Origin: Synechococcus elongatus PCC 6301 | GTDB lineage: Bacteria; Cyanobacteriota; Cyanobacteriia; Synechococcales; Synechococcaceae | Length of the DNA: 32,000 bases | Assembly: GCF_000010065.1 (NCBI RefSeq) | Contig: NC_006576.1 | Coordinates: forward strand, 1,980,001-2,012,000 | Direction of reading: 5' to 3' | Shown: piece by piece, positions 8,732-18,108 of the stretch | How positions within the stretch are numbered: the stretch's first letter is position 1 | Layout: each line of letters begins with the position of its first letter | Translations under genes and position numbers: made by a program | Notes under the pieces: generated by a model | What the model was told of the DNA's origin: nothing | Databases searched by the model: none | Seen by the model: only the letters and a program-made list of their open reading frames with translations

Positions 8732-10015
8732 TTAGGCGGGAATGGGCGCTTGACGATAGATCTGCTGCACAGTGGTGGCGAGGCGTTCCATGCCGGTCTC
8801 CAATTCGTGATCTTCAGCTGCCAAGCTGATCCGCAGACATTGGCGCGTATGGACCCAATCCTCCCGCAGCCCCGGGAAGAAAGAACTCCCTGGCACGACA
8901 ATTACGCCCGCTTGTTTGAGCTGCTGATAGATTTGCCAATCATCTAGGGGGGCTTCTTCTAACCAGAGCCAAGCAAAAATGCCACCTTCTCCTTGGTGCA
9001 AGCGCCAGGGTAAAGAATCCGGCAAGAGGGCATCGAGCTGACGTTCGACTCGGGCAAATTTTGCGGCGTAGTAGGGGCGAATCACGGTTTCTGCGATCGC
9101 CGTCAACTGGCCTGAGGCGATCGCCCGGGCTGCGATTGCTTGGCCATAGCGTGAGGAGTGAATGCAAAGATTGGTCTGGAAGGCTTCCAAGACTTGAATC
9201 ACCGGCTCTGGACCAATGGCGATGCCGAGGCGTTCACCAGGCAGACCCGCCTTCGAGAGGCTGAGGCAGTGAACAATGTTGTCCCCAAAGAAGGGGGTCA
9301 TCTCCGTAAAGTTGAGCCCAGGAAAGGGGGGGGCGTAGGCAGAGTCGACAAACACCGGCACGTTCTGGGCTGCCGCAAGGGTCGCCAGACGCTCTAGTTC
9401 GGCGTCACTGATGACGTTGCCGGTGGGATTGCAGGGCCGCGAAAACAGCAGCATCCCGGTATCGGCGCCAATTTGCAACTGTTCAAAGTCAGGACGGTAT
9501 TTGAAGCGATGATCGCCAATTCGTTCAATCTGTGGTCGAGCCGCAACCACCGCCTGCGGTTCCAGACAGACGCCACCGTAGCCGGTATAGTCGGGGCTAA
9601 GGGGCAAGAGAATTTTGCGAAGGCTGCCATCTTCTGCCCAGCCACCAAAGGCATTGGCCGCCAAGAAGTAGAGAGACTGGCTACCGGGCGTAATCAAAAT
9701 ATTGCGATCGCTAATCGACCAGCCGTAGCGCTGATTGAACTCTTGAATGATGGCGGCGATCAGCGGTTCATAGCCTTGACTGGTGCCGTAGCGACCCACC
9801 ACCTGACCGTATTCAGCACTGCCGAGTAAATCGGCGGTACAGTCGCGCCAGAGCTGCTCCACCTCAGGCAGAACGACGGGATTTCCAGCACTGAGATTGA
9901 TAAAAGTTTGGCCTTGCCCCGATCGCAAGGTCTCAATGATGTCCTTCATGATGGCGCGTACGCCCGTGAGCTGAGACATCTGCCGCCCGTAGCGGCTGAG
10001 CGATTCTAGGGACAT
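8732..10015 (-). CDS. avtA: class I/II aminotransferase, valine--pyruvate (AvtA-like) type
   Basis: Block-wise similarity to my recollection of E. coli AvtA: 'FKYRPDFEQLQIGADTGMLLFSRPCNPTGNVISDAEL', 'SLSKAGLPGERLGIAIG' (PLP Lys) and 'VHTRQCLRISL'. I take the start at ATG 10015 (MSLESLSRYG...) rather than the longer ORF start at 10087. Confidence 0.8.
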   Translation of the reverse strand: MSLESLSRYGRQMSQLTGVRAIMKDIIETLRSGQGQTFINLSAGNPVVLPEVEQLWRDCTADLLGSAEYGQVVGRYGTSQGYEPLIAAIIQEFNQRYGWSISDRNILITPGSQSLYFLAANAFGGWAEDGSLRKILLPLSPDYTGYGGVCLEPQAVVAARPQIERIGDHRFKYRPDFEQLQIGADTGMLLFSRPCNPTGNVISDAELERLATLAAAQNVPVFVDSAYAPPFPGLNFTEMTPFFGDNIVHCLSLSKAGLPGERLGIAIGPEPVIQVLEAFQTNLCIHSSRYGQAIAARAIASGQLTAIAETVIRPYYAAKFARVERQLDALLPDSLPWRLHQGEGGIFAWLWLEEAPLDDWQIYQQLKQAGVIVVPGSSFFPGLREDWVHTRQCLRISLAAEDHELETGMERLATTVQQIYRQAPIPA

Positions 10016-10195
10016 AGCACCAGAGAAATTAGCAAAACTGATTGACTCATCAGCAAGGCTTGCGCCACCGGCAATGGCCAAAAACAACCCGAGCCGTTAG
10101 CCTACTATAGAAGCTGTGACCGAACTGCTGAGCTTCTCAGGTCAGTGTCAGTTTGGTCGCGATCGCAACTGAGTCCTCCCATTCCCCTTTGCGCC

Positions 10196-10363
10196 ATGAT
10201 TTTGCCCGGTGCTGTCGTTCGTGTCACCAACCCTAGCGACATCTATTACGGCTATCAAGGCTATGTGCAACGCCTCAGCCGTGGCAAAGTTGCGGTCTTG
10301 TTTGAAGGCGGTAATTGGGACAAACTCGTCACCTTCCGGCTCTCGGAAGTCGCTCCGGCTTAA
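10196..10363 (+). CDS. ndhS: NDH-1 complex subunit S (NdhS/CRR31-like, SH3-fold)
   Basis: '[52 protein letters not shown]' closely matches my recollection of the cyanobacterial NdhS (Ssl0352) sequence pattern. I prefer ATG 10196 to the extended ORF start at 10145. Confidence 0.85.
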   Translation: MILPGAVVRVTNPSDIYYGYQGYVQRLSRGKVAVLFEGGNWDKLVTFRLSEVAPA

Positions 10364-10412
10364 CGACAACTCAGCTTGAAACCTTTAGGGTGGCGATCAC
10401 GTCCATCCAACG

Positions 10413-10967
10413 ATGCCTCTGTTCACTTTCCTATCCCCCAAGCTCAGGGACTTCCGTCAATATCTGCGTATCTGGGCCTGGTTTTTCTTGAGTCTTTCCC
10501 TTAGTTTTGGCTCGGCGAAAACGGCGATTGCAGCGGAGCGGGTAACCCTGTTGGCTGGTTCCTGGGCGCGATCGGTCGAGCTAGATGATCTGCGATCGCT
10601 CGCAGTTACTGGACAAGCCTCGGGGTTTTTGCAAGATGCTCTCCGCTATGGCAACCTCCAGCCCAAGACTGTGCAAGCGGCGCTTAATTTCTCAATTCCG
10701 CTCTCACCAGTGCTTGCCGATCGCTTACTCTATTCGCCCCTTGGTAATCTGGCTTTAGATCGCATCGGCCGAATTCTGTCCCCTCGAGTGTCGGGCCAAG
10801 ATGGCCGCCAAGCCTTGCGGGGAGCAATTTTACAGTCAGTAGCCCGCGATAGTCGTTTCACGTTGCTCGAGTTGCTGGATAACTATCCGACCGATGCGCG
10901 CCTCGATTTACTGCAAATTCAACAGTTGCAGCAGGATTTAGCACTGCTCAGTCGGCTCTCATTCTGA
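10413..10967 (+). CDS. DUF1400-family protein (cyanobacterial, signal-anchored)
   Basis: N-terminal hydrophobic signal (WAWFFLSLSLSFGSAKTAIAAE). 'LDDLRSLAVTGQASGFLQDAL' and the following 'LLYSPLGNLALDRIGRIL' resemble DUF1400, from memory. Confidence 0.65.
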   Translation: MPLFTFLSPKLRDFRQYLRIWAWFFLSLSLSFGSAKTAIAAERVTLLAGSWARSVELDDLRSLAVTGQASGFLQDALRYGNLQPKTVQAALNFSIPLSPVLADRLLYSPLGNLALDRIGRILSPRVSGQDGRQALRGAILQSVARDSRFTLLELLDNYPTDARLDLLQIQQLQQDLALLSRLSF

Positions 10968-11038
10968 GGCCAATTGGCCTGCTGGCTCAGTGACTACGAT
11001 CGCTATAGTTCTGAGGAGAACGAACAGAGAAAACTCAG

Positions 11039-11074
11039 TAAAAAAATTCCCCACTGAATAATCAGCAGGGAATT
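11039..11074 (-). terminator. rho-independent terminator downstream of cyAbrB
   Basis: AATTCCC (11045-11051) pairs with GGGAATT (11068-11074), with an inner CTGA/TCAG pairing. Read on the minus strand, the hairpin is followed by a run of 6 T's (A's on the + strand, 11041-11046). It lies 30 nt past the cyAbrB stop, between convergent genes. Confidence 0.5.
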
Positions 11075-11103
11075 AGTGCATCATTCTAGGGCTTCAGTAC
11101 AGC

Positions 11104-11508
11104 CTACTCTTCGGTATCTTCAGAACCATCTTCCGAGACTTTTTGGAGCTTGATTTGCTTACGTCCAAGGCTGATGGTAAAGGCATCGCCTGGCTTAGCC
11201 CCCATTTTGCGGGTGTAGGCAGCCCCAACGAGTAGATTGCCGTTATCTTGCACGCTCACTCGGAAGCTCGGACTCCGACCCGTACGGCCACGGCCTAACT
11301 TGAGTTCGTTGTCGAGCGTAATCCCCTGGGCTTCCAGCAAGGCGTTGAGGAACTGCAAGGAATTGACTCGCTCACGACCGTTCTTCGTGATCGTCACATA
11401 ACCGCAAGCCCGTGCTTTTTGATCCTTGCTCGCATCTTGGAGCTCACGGACTCGTTGTAGTAATGCTTCACCCGTCAAGGGTTGGTTAGGAATTGCTTTT
11501 TTGGGCAT
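11104..11508 (-). CDS. cyanobacterial AbrB-like transcriptional regulator (cyAbrB/CalA-CalB type)
   Basis: The C-terminal AbrB/SpoVT-like domain 'LLVGAAYTRKMGAKPGDAFTISLGRKQIKL' and N-terminal 'ARACGYVTITKNGRERVNSLQFLNALLEAQG' give the typical cyAbrB architecture. Confidence 0.85.
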   Translation of the reverse strand: MPKKAIPNQPLTGEALLQRVRELQDASKDQKARACGYVTITKNGRERVNSLQFLNALLEAQGITLDNELKLGRGRTGRSPSFRVSVQDNGNLLVGAAYTRKMGAKPGDAFTISLGRKQIKLQKVSEDGSEDTEE

Positions 11509-12270
11509 AATTGCGATCTCAATCGCTGATCACGACTGTTTGAGATTTTAGACAGAAAATCGAAAAGAATCCATAGTAATCAAGATGAATTTGAAATTCC
11601 TGAAAGTAGATTCATCGCAATTGAAGATTGAGGCTTGACGTTGCGGGCAGCGATCGACAAGTCTCCAATGTAATGTTGGCTTCGTCGGGCTCTTGCGATC
11701 TCATTGAAACTGGTTGAACCTTGTCAGTAGCGGTGGGGACCATGATCGCAGTCACAGCCCTGCAGGGGAATTAGCATTGCTCTGGAAGGGTGAACCCTTG
11801 CACGCTTATTGGGAAGTTGCTCTGCTCCAAGCGATGTCTAAAAGGTCAAGCCGGCAGCTAGATCAGTTTTCTAGAATACCCAACCGGCTTAGTCATACGA
11901 TCTAAAAGCGCAGAACTGTAGAGACTTTTGCTAGTCGATCAGGAGATCAATTCTCCACACAATCGCGATCGTCGCCGTCGATGTAATTCCTGCGGGATGA
12001 TTCCTTGGTCGAAAACCAGCTGATTGAAGACCTCAGAGGACTCAGGGACGATACTGACAAAATAGGGGACTGAGAATAACGGTCCTTTACATTTCTTGTC
12101 GAGGACAGCAGCTGCCTTTGGTTTTTACTCAGCACTCTAAAAGAAAGCTTAGAGCTCGCGATCGCCCTAAGCTCAGGGAATCTAGTCTGATCAATAGAGT
12201 GTGTGCTGATCCTTGGGTCAGCTTCAAGGTGTGAGGAACTGGTTCACCGCCGTCCTATGCGAACAGACCC

Positions 12271-13629
12271 ATGCGCCGGTTACTTCCTCGCTGCTTTTCG
12301 GTTCTCGCGCTGTCCTTGCTCTCATCGCTGACAGCTTCAATTGCGATCGCCCAAACGATTCCTATCCAAAGCCCAGTTCGTCGCCTAGAAGGACAGTTCA
12401 ACACCACTCCCGTCCCCCATTCCAATCAGCCCGAGATCGTGCAGTCCGAGGGAATTCTGATTGATACAGGGCCTGGTTTTGTGCGGGTTACTGGATCAGA
12501 TTTGAATCGCGTACCGCCTCATCTGCAGACGATTGCCAATCCCACCTATGCCTTTAACGGGCCGTTTGGGCTGCATCTGCACCATGTCTATCGCCCCAGT
12601 GACACCACAAAATTCGGTGGCACGCGCGATCGCGGCTTACTCTACGTTGGGGTAATCGCCACGAATTTCAGCGATCGGCCGGTGCGCCTTGGTTTTCAGG
12701 AAGGCAGCCTCAATACCTCCTTTGAAAGTCCTTTCTTTACCCAAACCTTGGGTGTTTTTTCGAACAGTCGCTGGAACTATAAGTCCGGCCCCGGTGATGC
12801 GGCCGCCCTCTCCTTGCTGACCGGCAAACGAGACTGGCGCCTACCCGCTGGACTGGTGCTGCCACCGCGATCGCGCAGTCTACTCTTCTCCCTACCGATC
12901 GCGGCTCGCGGTTCGGCAACCGTGCTGGCACGGGGCGTTAGCGACGGTCCTGTACACCTCGCGGTAGTTGCTACCGATCACAACCCGGATCCTGACGCCT
13001 TTTTCTCAGTACTCGATCGCCGACTGCTGGCCGAGGGCAGAACCTACTTGGCTGATCTGCTCCGGATTCAACAACGTCAAGTTTTCAGTCGCGTCGGGGG
13101 TGTGGCCCAGGGCGATCGCTACGAGGCTAATCTAGAAGCGGATCTGCAACAGCCGCTCCATGTGCCACTGACCACCACGTGGCGGAAACACTTCGGTACC
13201 CAGGAACTGCAGGCCAACTCACTCCTGACTCGGATGCCCGATTCGGCGCTCGAAAACATTGGCACCTACGGTGTGGAATACGTCCTCAACTTCCGCTTAC
13301 GGGGCCAAGGCTTGCAGCGTTTGTTGTTCAGCACACTGCCGGAGCCCAAGGATTTTCTGGCCTTCCGGGGGACGCTCCGCATTGATTTTCAAGGGCAGAC
13401 TGACTATGTCCATCTCAGTCAGCGATCAGGTAGTACTGATACCCTCTATCAGTTCCAGATGCCGCCGTCTGGCCAAGCCGATCTGCGGGTGAGCCTGGTC
13501 TATCCGCCGGATTCGACCCCCGGGCACTTGCTCAGCATTGTGCCCGAGGTTGAGTACGCCCGCTTGCTGCCCAGTCCCTTACCCATTAGCCCAGCCCTCA
13601 GTTCTCAACGGCTCCTGTCGTTCCCCTAA
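12271..13629 (+). CDS. secreted conserved hypothetical protein (452 aa; possibly DUF3370-like)
   Basis: Clear signal peptide (MRRLLPRCFSVLALSLLSSLTASIAIAQ) and a long uninterrupted ORF. The family assignment is an uncertain recollection. Confidence 0.6.
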   Translation: MRRLLPRCFSVLALSLLSSLTASIAIAQTIPIQSPVRRLEGQFNTTPVPHSNQPEIVQSEGILIDTGPGFVRVTGSDLNRVPPHLQTIANPTYAFNGPFGLHLHHVYRPSDTTKFGGTRDRGLLYVGVIATNFSDRPVRLGFQEGSLNTSFESPFFTQTLGVFSNSRWNYKSGPGDAAALSLLTGKRDWRLPAGLVLPPRSRSLLFSLPIAARGSATVLARGVSDGPVHLAVVATDHNPDPDAFFSVLDRRLLAEGRTYLADLLRIQQRQVFSRVGGVAQGDRYEANLEADLQQPLHVPLTTTWRKHFGTQELQANSLLTRMPDSALENIGTYGVEYVLNFRLRGQGLQRLLFSTLPEPKDFLAFRGTLRIDFQGQTDYVHLSQRSGSTDTLYQFQMPPSGQADLRVSLVYPPDSTPGHLLSIVPEVEYARLLPSPLPISPALSSQRLLSFP

Positions 13630-13728
13630 GGCGCGATCGCAAGGGGTTGTCTGCCGGTACCGCACGGCTCGCGTTGTCGGTGCCTGCCGCTAGAAAGCAA
13701 TCGGGAGATACTGGAGGCTATGCTGTGA

Positions 13729-14883
13729 TTGCCCTTGGAGCTGACTGTGCAGCTGACAAAAGGATTTGAAGTTGAAGTCTACACAGGTACGCCGTCTGGG
13801 CAAGTTGTCGGACTTTCCGATCGCATCTGTAGCGATTTGCAGGGTTTTATGCGGGAACCCGACAGCCGTAATGTCGAATACACCACGCCGCCACGACCCT
13901 GCTATGACCGACTGCTCTTAGATCTTTTGGAACCGCGGCGTCGCCTGCGTGCCTATCTCCAGCAGCAGGGCGGCTACACGCTCATTCCGGGCAGTACGCT
14001 GGCGCTCTCTGGGGGCGATCACTTCTACCGCTCGGATCCCACCAATCCCTACCACGACTTCATCGAAAGGTCCTACGGCACTACGGTCGTCACCGCCAGT
14101 ATTCACATCAACATTGGCCTGAGCGATCCAGAAACTATTCTCAAAGCCTGTCGATTGGTTCGGCTCGAAGCCCCGCTTTATCTGGCGCTCAGTGCTTCTT
14201 CACCCTTCCTCGATGGCCAAGTCACGGGTTCCCACTCAACGCGCTGGCAGCTGTTCCCGAAAACACCGCCGGAAGTGCCGCTGTTTGAAAGCCACGCTCA
14301 TTTCATTCGCTGGACGGAAGCGCAGTTAGCGGCGGGCAGCATGCAAAATGTTCGCCATCTCTGGAGTTCGGTGCGCCCCAATGGCGATCGCCATCCCTAC
14401 AAGATCAACCGACTGGAACTGCGGATCTGCGATTTAGTTGCCAATCCCTTGGATCTCCTGGCGATTACAGCTCTGCTAGAAGCTCGGCTGCAGCAGCTGT
14501 TGGAACAGCCGCAACTCGACCCCCTGATTGCCAGCCGGCTGACGCCTGATGAATTGGTGCAACTGAGTGATGCCAATGAGGTAGCAGCAGCCCGCCACAG
14601 CCTCGATGCCGATCTGCAGCACTGGCAAGATGGCCGCACGATCGCGGCTCGCGACTGGATTGAAACGCTCTATGAGACAGTGTTCCCCCTGGCTAAAACT
14701 CGGGGTTATAGCTGTTTCTTGCTGCCGATTCAGCGTCTTTTGCAGGACGGTAATCTTGCCCAGCAGTGGTTGCGGCAGGTTGCTGCCGGAGCAACCCCAG
14801 AAGCTGCTATGGTCCAGGCGATCGCAGCGACGGCGGCCGAAGAACAGGAACTCGCCGATAAACTCTACGGGGTTGCCTGTTAA
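13729..14883 (+). CDS. gshA: glutamate--cysteine ligase, cyanobacterial type (GCS2-like)
   Basis: 'KGFEVEVYTGT', 'REPDSRNVEYTTPP', 'SIHINIGL', 'LSASSPF' and 'RLELRICDL' are carboxylate-amine ligase/GCS2 motifs as found in cyanobacterial GshA. The start (TTG 13729) is uncertain. Confidence 0.7.
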   Translation: MPLELTVQLTKGFEVEVYTGTPSGQVVGLSDRICSDLQGFMREPDSRNVEYTTPPRPCYDRLLLDLLEPRRRLRAYLQQQGGYTLIPGSTLALSGGDHFYRSDPTNPYHDFIERSYGTTVVTASIHINIGLSDPETILKACRLVRLEAPLYLALSASSPFLDGQVTGSHSTRWQLFPKTPPEVPLFESHAHFIRWTEAQLAAGSMQNVRHLWSSVRPNGDRHPYKINRLELRICDLVANPLDLLAITALLEARLQQLLEQPQLDPLIASRLTPDELVQLSDANEVAAARHSLDADLQHWQDGRTIAARDWIETLYETVFPLAKTRGYSCFLLPIQRLLQDGNLAQQWLRQVAAGATPEAAMVQAIAATAAEEQELADKLYGVAC

Positions 14884-14939
14884 GCCCAGTCTCTGCTGAG
14901 GCAGCGGTGTCCGTTCCTCCTGGGTCTCCTTGAGATCGT

Positions 14940-17900
14940 ATGCTCGCTGTATCTCTCAGGGATCACGGCTTCCCGTCAGCAACTGTCCAGATCCGCCCTG
15001 CGTTCTGTGTCCAGTCAGACGTGGTGGGATCAGGGAATCCACCTAGAATGAATTACTGCCAGAACGCTCGAACTGCCATGAGTGCTGCTCTCCAGTCATC
15101 CGACGATGCTTTCCGAACCGTTTCGAGTCCCCTCGCCACGGATTTGGATCTGTCGTCTCCGCTGGAGTTTTTCCTTCGCCATCGCTTGACGGTGGTTGAA
15201 GAACTCTGGGAAGTGGTTTTGCGCCAAGAGTGCGGCCAAGAGCTGGTCGATATTCTGACTCAGCTGCGTGACTTGACCTCGCCGGAAGGCCAAGCCCCAG
15301 AAGTGGGCGGCGAAGCCTTGGTTCAGGTGATTGAAACCCTAGAGTTGAGCGATGCGATTCGGGCTGCCCGTGCCTTTGCGCTCTACTTTCAGCTGATCAA
15401 TATTGTTGAGCAGCACTACGAGCAAACTCAATATCAACTCGCCTACGAGCGATCGCGGTTGGAACCCTTGCCAGGACCAGATGAAAGTCCGGAGGGATTG
15501 CACACCATTGAAATTCCTCAGCATCAGCTCGATCCCTTTGCTGCGGTGATTCCGCTCAACCAAGATCCGGCAACCTTCCAAACGCTGTTCCCGCGCCTGC
15601 GCCAGCTCAATGTGCCGCCGCAAATGATCCAAGAGCTGACCGATCGCCTCGATATTCGGCTGGTTTTCACCGCTCACCCGACGGAAATTGTCCGCCACAC
15701 GATTCGCGACAAACAACGCCGAATTGCCTACCTGCTGCGGCAACTGGATGAGCTCGAAACAGGCAAAAACCGAGGCTTTCGAGAGCTTGAAGCGCAGAAT
15801 ATTCGTCAGCAGCTGACCGAGGAGATTCGGCTCTGGTGGCGGACGGATGAGCTCCACCAGTTCAAGCCAACGGTGTTGGATGAGGTGGACTACGCGCTCC
15901 ACTACTTCCAAGAAGTCCTCTTTGAGGCCATTCCTCTGCTCTATCAGCGCTTTCGGCTCGCGCTGCAGGGGACTTTCCCCGACCTACAACCGCCCCGCTA
16001 CAACTTCTGCCAGTTCGGCTCTTGGGTCGGCTCCGATCGCGATGGCAATCCTTCAGTGACCTCTGCCGTCACTTGGCAAACCGCTTGCTATCAGCGCAGT
16101 CTCGTCCTCGATCGCTACATCACAGCGGTTGAACATCTCCGCAATGTGCTCAGCCTCTCGATGCACTGGAGCGAGGTGCTGCCGGAGTTGCTCAGCTCGT
16201 TGGAACAGGAGAGCATGCTCTTCCCGGAGACCTATGAGCAGCTAGCGGTCCGCTATCGCCAAGAGCCCTATCGCCTCAAGCTCTCCTATATTCTGGAGCG
16301 CCTGCACAACACCCGCGATCGCAATACCCGCCTCCAACAGCAGCAAGAAAAAGATCCCACCACGCCCCTGCCCGAATATCGGGATGGCACCCTCTACCAG
16401 GCTGGTACGGCCTTTCTCGAAGATCTCAAGCTGATTCAGCACAACCTTAAGCAGACGGGACTGAGCTGTTACGAGCTAGAGAAGTTGATCTGCCAGGTCG
16501 AGATCTTTGGTTTCAACCTGGTCCATCTCGACATTCGCCAAGAAAGCTCGCGCCATTCCGACGCGATCAACGAAATCTGTGAATACCTCCAAATTCTTCC
16601 CCAGCCCTACAACGAGCTGAGCGAAGCAGAACGAACTGCCTGGCTGGTTCAAGAGCTGAAAACCCGTCGGCCGCTGGTACCAGCGCGCATGCCGTTCTCA
16701 GAATCGACCCGCGAGATCATTGAAACCCTGCGGATGGTCAAGCAGCTACAGGAAGAATTTGGGGAGGCGGCTTGCCAAACCTACATCATCAGCATGAGCC
16801 GCGAGCTGAGCGACCTGCTGGAAGTGCTGCTGCTGGCCAAGGAGGTTGGTCTCTACGACCCAGTCACCGGCAAGAGTTCGCTTCAGGTGATTCCGCTGTT
16901 TGAAACTGTGGAGGACTTACAAAATGCCCCGCGGGTGATGACGGCGCTGTTTGAGCTGCCCTTCTACACCCAGCTCAACCCCACCCAGTCTGAACCGCTG
17001 CAGGAAGTGATGCTGGGGTATTCCGACAGTAACAAGGACTCGGGCTTCCTCAGCAGTAACTGGGAGATCCACAAGGCCCAGAAAGCCCTAGGGACGGTAG
17101 CCCGCGACCACCGCGTCAAGCTGCGGATCTTCCACGGCCGCGGGGGCTCCGTCGGTCGAGGTGGTGGCCCTGCCTACGAGGCGATCTTGGCCCAGCCGGG
17201 TCGCACCACAGATGGCCGAATCAAGATTACGGAACAGGGCGAGGTCTTGGCTTCGAAATACGCCCTGCCCGAACTGGCGCTCTATAACCTTGAGACGATC
17301 ACGACGGCGGTGATTCAGTCCAGCCTGCTGGGTAGCGGCTTTGATGACATTGAGCCGTGGAACCAAATTATGGAAGAGTTGGCGGCGCGATCGCGGCGAC
17401 ATTACCGCGCTTTGGTGTACGAGCAGCCCGACCTGGTTGACTTCTTCAATCAGGTAACGCCGATTGAGGAGATCAGCAAACTGCAAATCAGCTCGCGACC
17501 GGCTCGACGCAAAACCGGCAAGCGCGATCTGGGCAGTCTACGTGCCATCCCCTGGGTCTTTAGCTGGACGCAGAGTCGTTTTCTGCTGCCCTCTTGGTAT
17601 GGCGTCGGCACAGCACTTCAGGAGTTTTTGCAGGAGCGCCCGGAGCAGAACCTCAACCTGCTGCGCTACTTCTACGAGAAGTGGCCGTTCTTCCGCATGG
17701 TGATCTCGAAGGTCGAGATGACCCTAGCGAAGGTCGATTTGCAGATTGCTCATCACTACGTGCATGAGCTGGCCAATCCTGAGGATCAAGAGCGGTTTGA
17801 ACGAGTGTTCAGCCAAATCGCTGCAGAGTTTCAGCTGACTTGTCATCTCGTGTTGACGATTACCAACCACGGTCGCTTGCTGGATGGCGACCCCGAACTG

Positions 17901-18101
17901 CAGCGATCGGTGCAGCTGCGCAACGGTACGATCGTGCCCCTCGGCTTCTTGCAAGTCGCCCTGCTTAAACGCCTGCGGCAGTATCGCCAGCAAACGGAAA
18001 CGACGGGATTGATGCGATCGCGCTATAGCAAAGGGGAACTGCTGCGCGGAGCATTGCTGACGATCAACGGCATTGCGGCTGGCATGCGCAATACAGGTTG
18101 A
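14940..18101 (+). CDS. ppc: phosphoenolpyruvate carboxylase
   Basis: 'VFTAHPTE', '[10 protein letters not shown]', '[14 protein letters not shown]' and the C-terminal '[14 protein letters not shown]' are PEPC signatures. The first 36-46 codons are not PEPC-like, and in-frame ATGs at 15048 and 15078 are alternative starts. Confidence 0.95.
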   Translation: MLAVSLRDHGFPSATVQIRPAFCVQSDVVGSGNPPRMNYCQNARTAMSAALQSSDDAFRTVSSPLATDLDLSSPLEFFLRHRLTVVEELWEVVLRQECGQELVDILTQLRDLTSPEGQAPEVGGEALVQVIETLELSDAIRAARAFALYFQLINIVEQHYEQTQYQLAYERSRLEPLPGPDESPEGLHTIEIPQHQLDPFAAVIPLNQDPATFQTLFPRLRQLNVPPQMIQELTDRLDIRLVFTAHPTEIVRHTIRDKQRRIAYLLRQLDELETGKNRGFRELEAQNIRQQLTEEIRLWWRTDELHQFKPTVLDEVDYALHYFQEVLFEAIPLLYQRFRLALQGTFPDLQPPRYNFCQFGSWVGSDRDGNPSVTSAVTWQTACYQRSLVLDRYITAVEHLRNVLSLSMHWSEVLPELLSSLEQESMLFPETYEQLAVRYRQEPYRLKLSYILERLHNTRDRNTRLQQQQEKDPTTPLPEYRDGTLYQAGTAFLEDLKLIQHNLKQTGLSCYELEKLICQVEIFGFNLVHLDIRQESSRHSDAINEICEYLQILPQPYNELSEAERTAWLVQELKTRRPLVPARMPFSESTREIIETLRMVKQLQEEFGEAACQTYIISMSRELSDLLEVLLLAKEVGLYDPVTGKSSLQVIPLFETVEDLQNAPRVMTALFELPFYTQLNPTQSEPLQEVMLGYSDSNKDSGFLSSNWEIHKAQKALGTVARDHRVKLRIFHGRGGSVGRGGGPAYEAILAQPGRTTDGRIKITEQGEVLASKYALPELALYNLETITTAVIQSSLLGSGFDDIEPWNQIMEELAARSRRHYRALVYEQPDLVDFFNQVTPIEEISKLQISSRPARRKTGKRDLGSLRAIPWVFSWTQSRFLLPSWYGVGTALQEFLQERPEQNLNLLRYFYEKWPFFRMVISKVEMTLAKVDLQIAHHYVHELANPEDQERFERVFSQIAAEFQLTCHLVLTITNHGRLLDGDPELQRSVQLRNGTIVPLGFLQVALLKRLRQYRQQTETTGLMRSRYSKGELLRGALLTINGIAAGMRNTG

Positions 18102-18108
18102 GGGGCGA

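Noticed and set aside
10145-10195. N-terminal extensions in the ORF track for ndhS (10145), speH (20493), avtA-like (10087), the ProA paralogue (27445) and the LuxR gene (4081).
   Set aside because: The extensions are not family-like. Internal ATGs align with the conserved N-termini of the respective families, so I used the shorter models.
11714-12135. ORFs of 63 aa (11714-11905, +) and 62 aa (11947-12135, -) lie in the AT-rich spacer upstream of cyAbrB.
   Set aside because: One has a non-ATG start, and the compositions are Ser-rich or arbitrary. Neither has a ribosome-binding site or a recognisable fold. I treat the region as non-coding or regulatory instead.
12226-12240. The minus strand reads AGUUCCUCACAC, which resembles the conserved ACUCCUCACAC core of the cyanobacterial sRNA Yfr1.
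   Set aside because: The motif is not exact. It is not flanked by the two stem-loops expected for Yfr1, and the only nearby hairpin (CCTTG...CAAGG) has no U-tract. It lies just upstream of a + strand gene start, so a chance match is likely.
15339-15911. Long antisense or alternative-frame ORFs inside well-supported genes. Examples: 15339-15911(-) in ppc, 2884-3375(+) in proA, 23851-24318(+) in mutS, 30523-31140(+) opposite the GNAT, 4772-5281(-) in hisS and 8386-8901(-) across rimM.
   Set aside because: Their translations are R/S/C/W/P-rich and low in complexity. They fully overlap genes with strong family signatures. In this GC-rich, palindrome-rich genome they are best explained as shadow ORFs.
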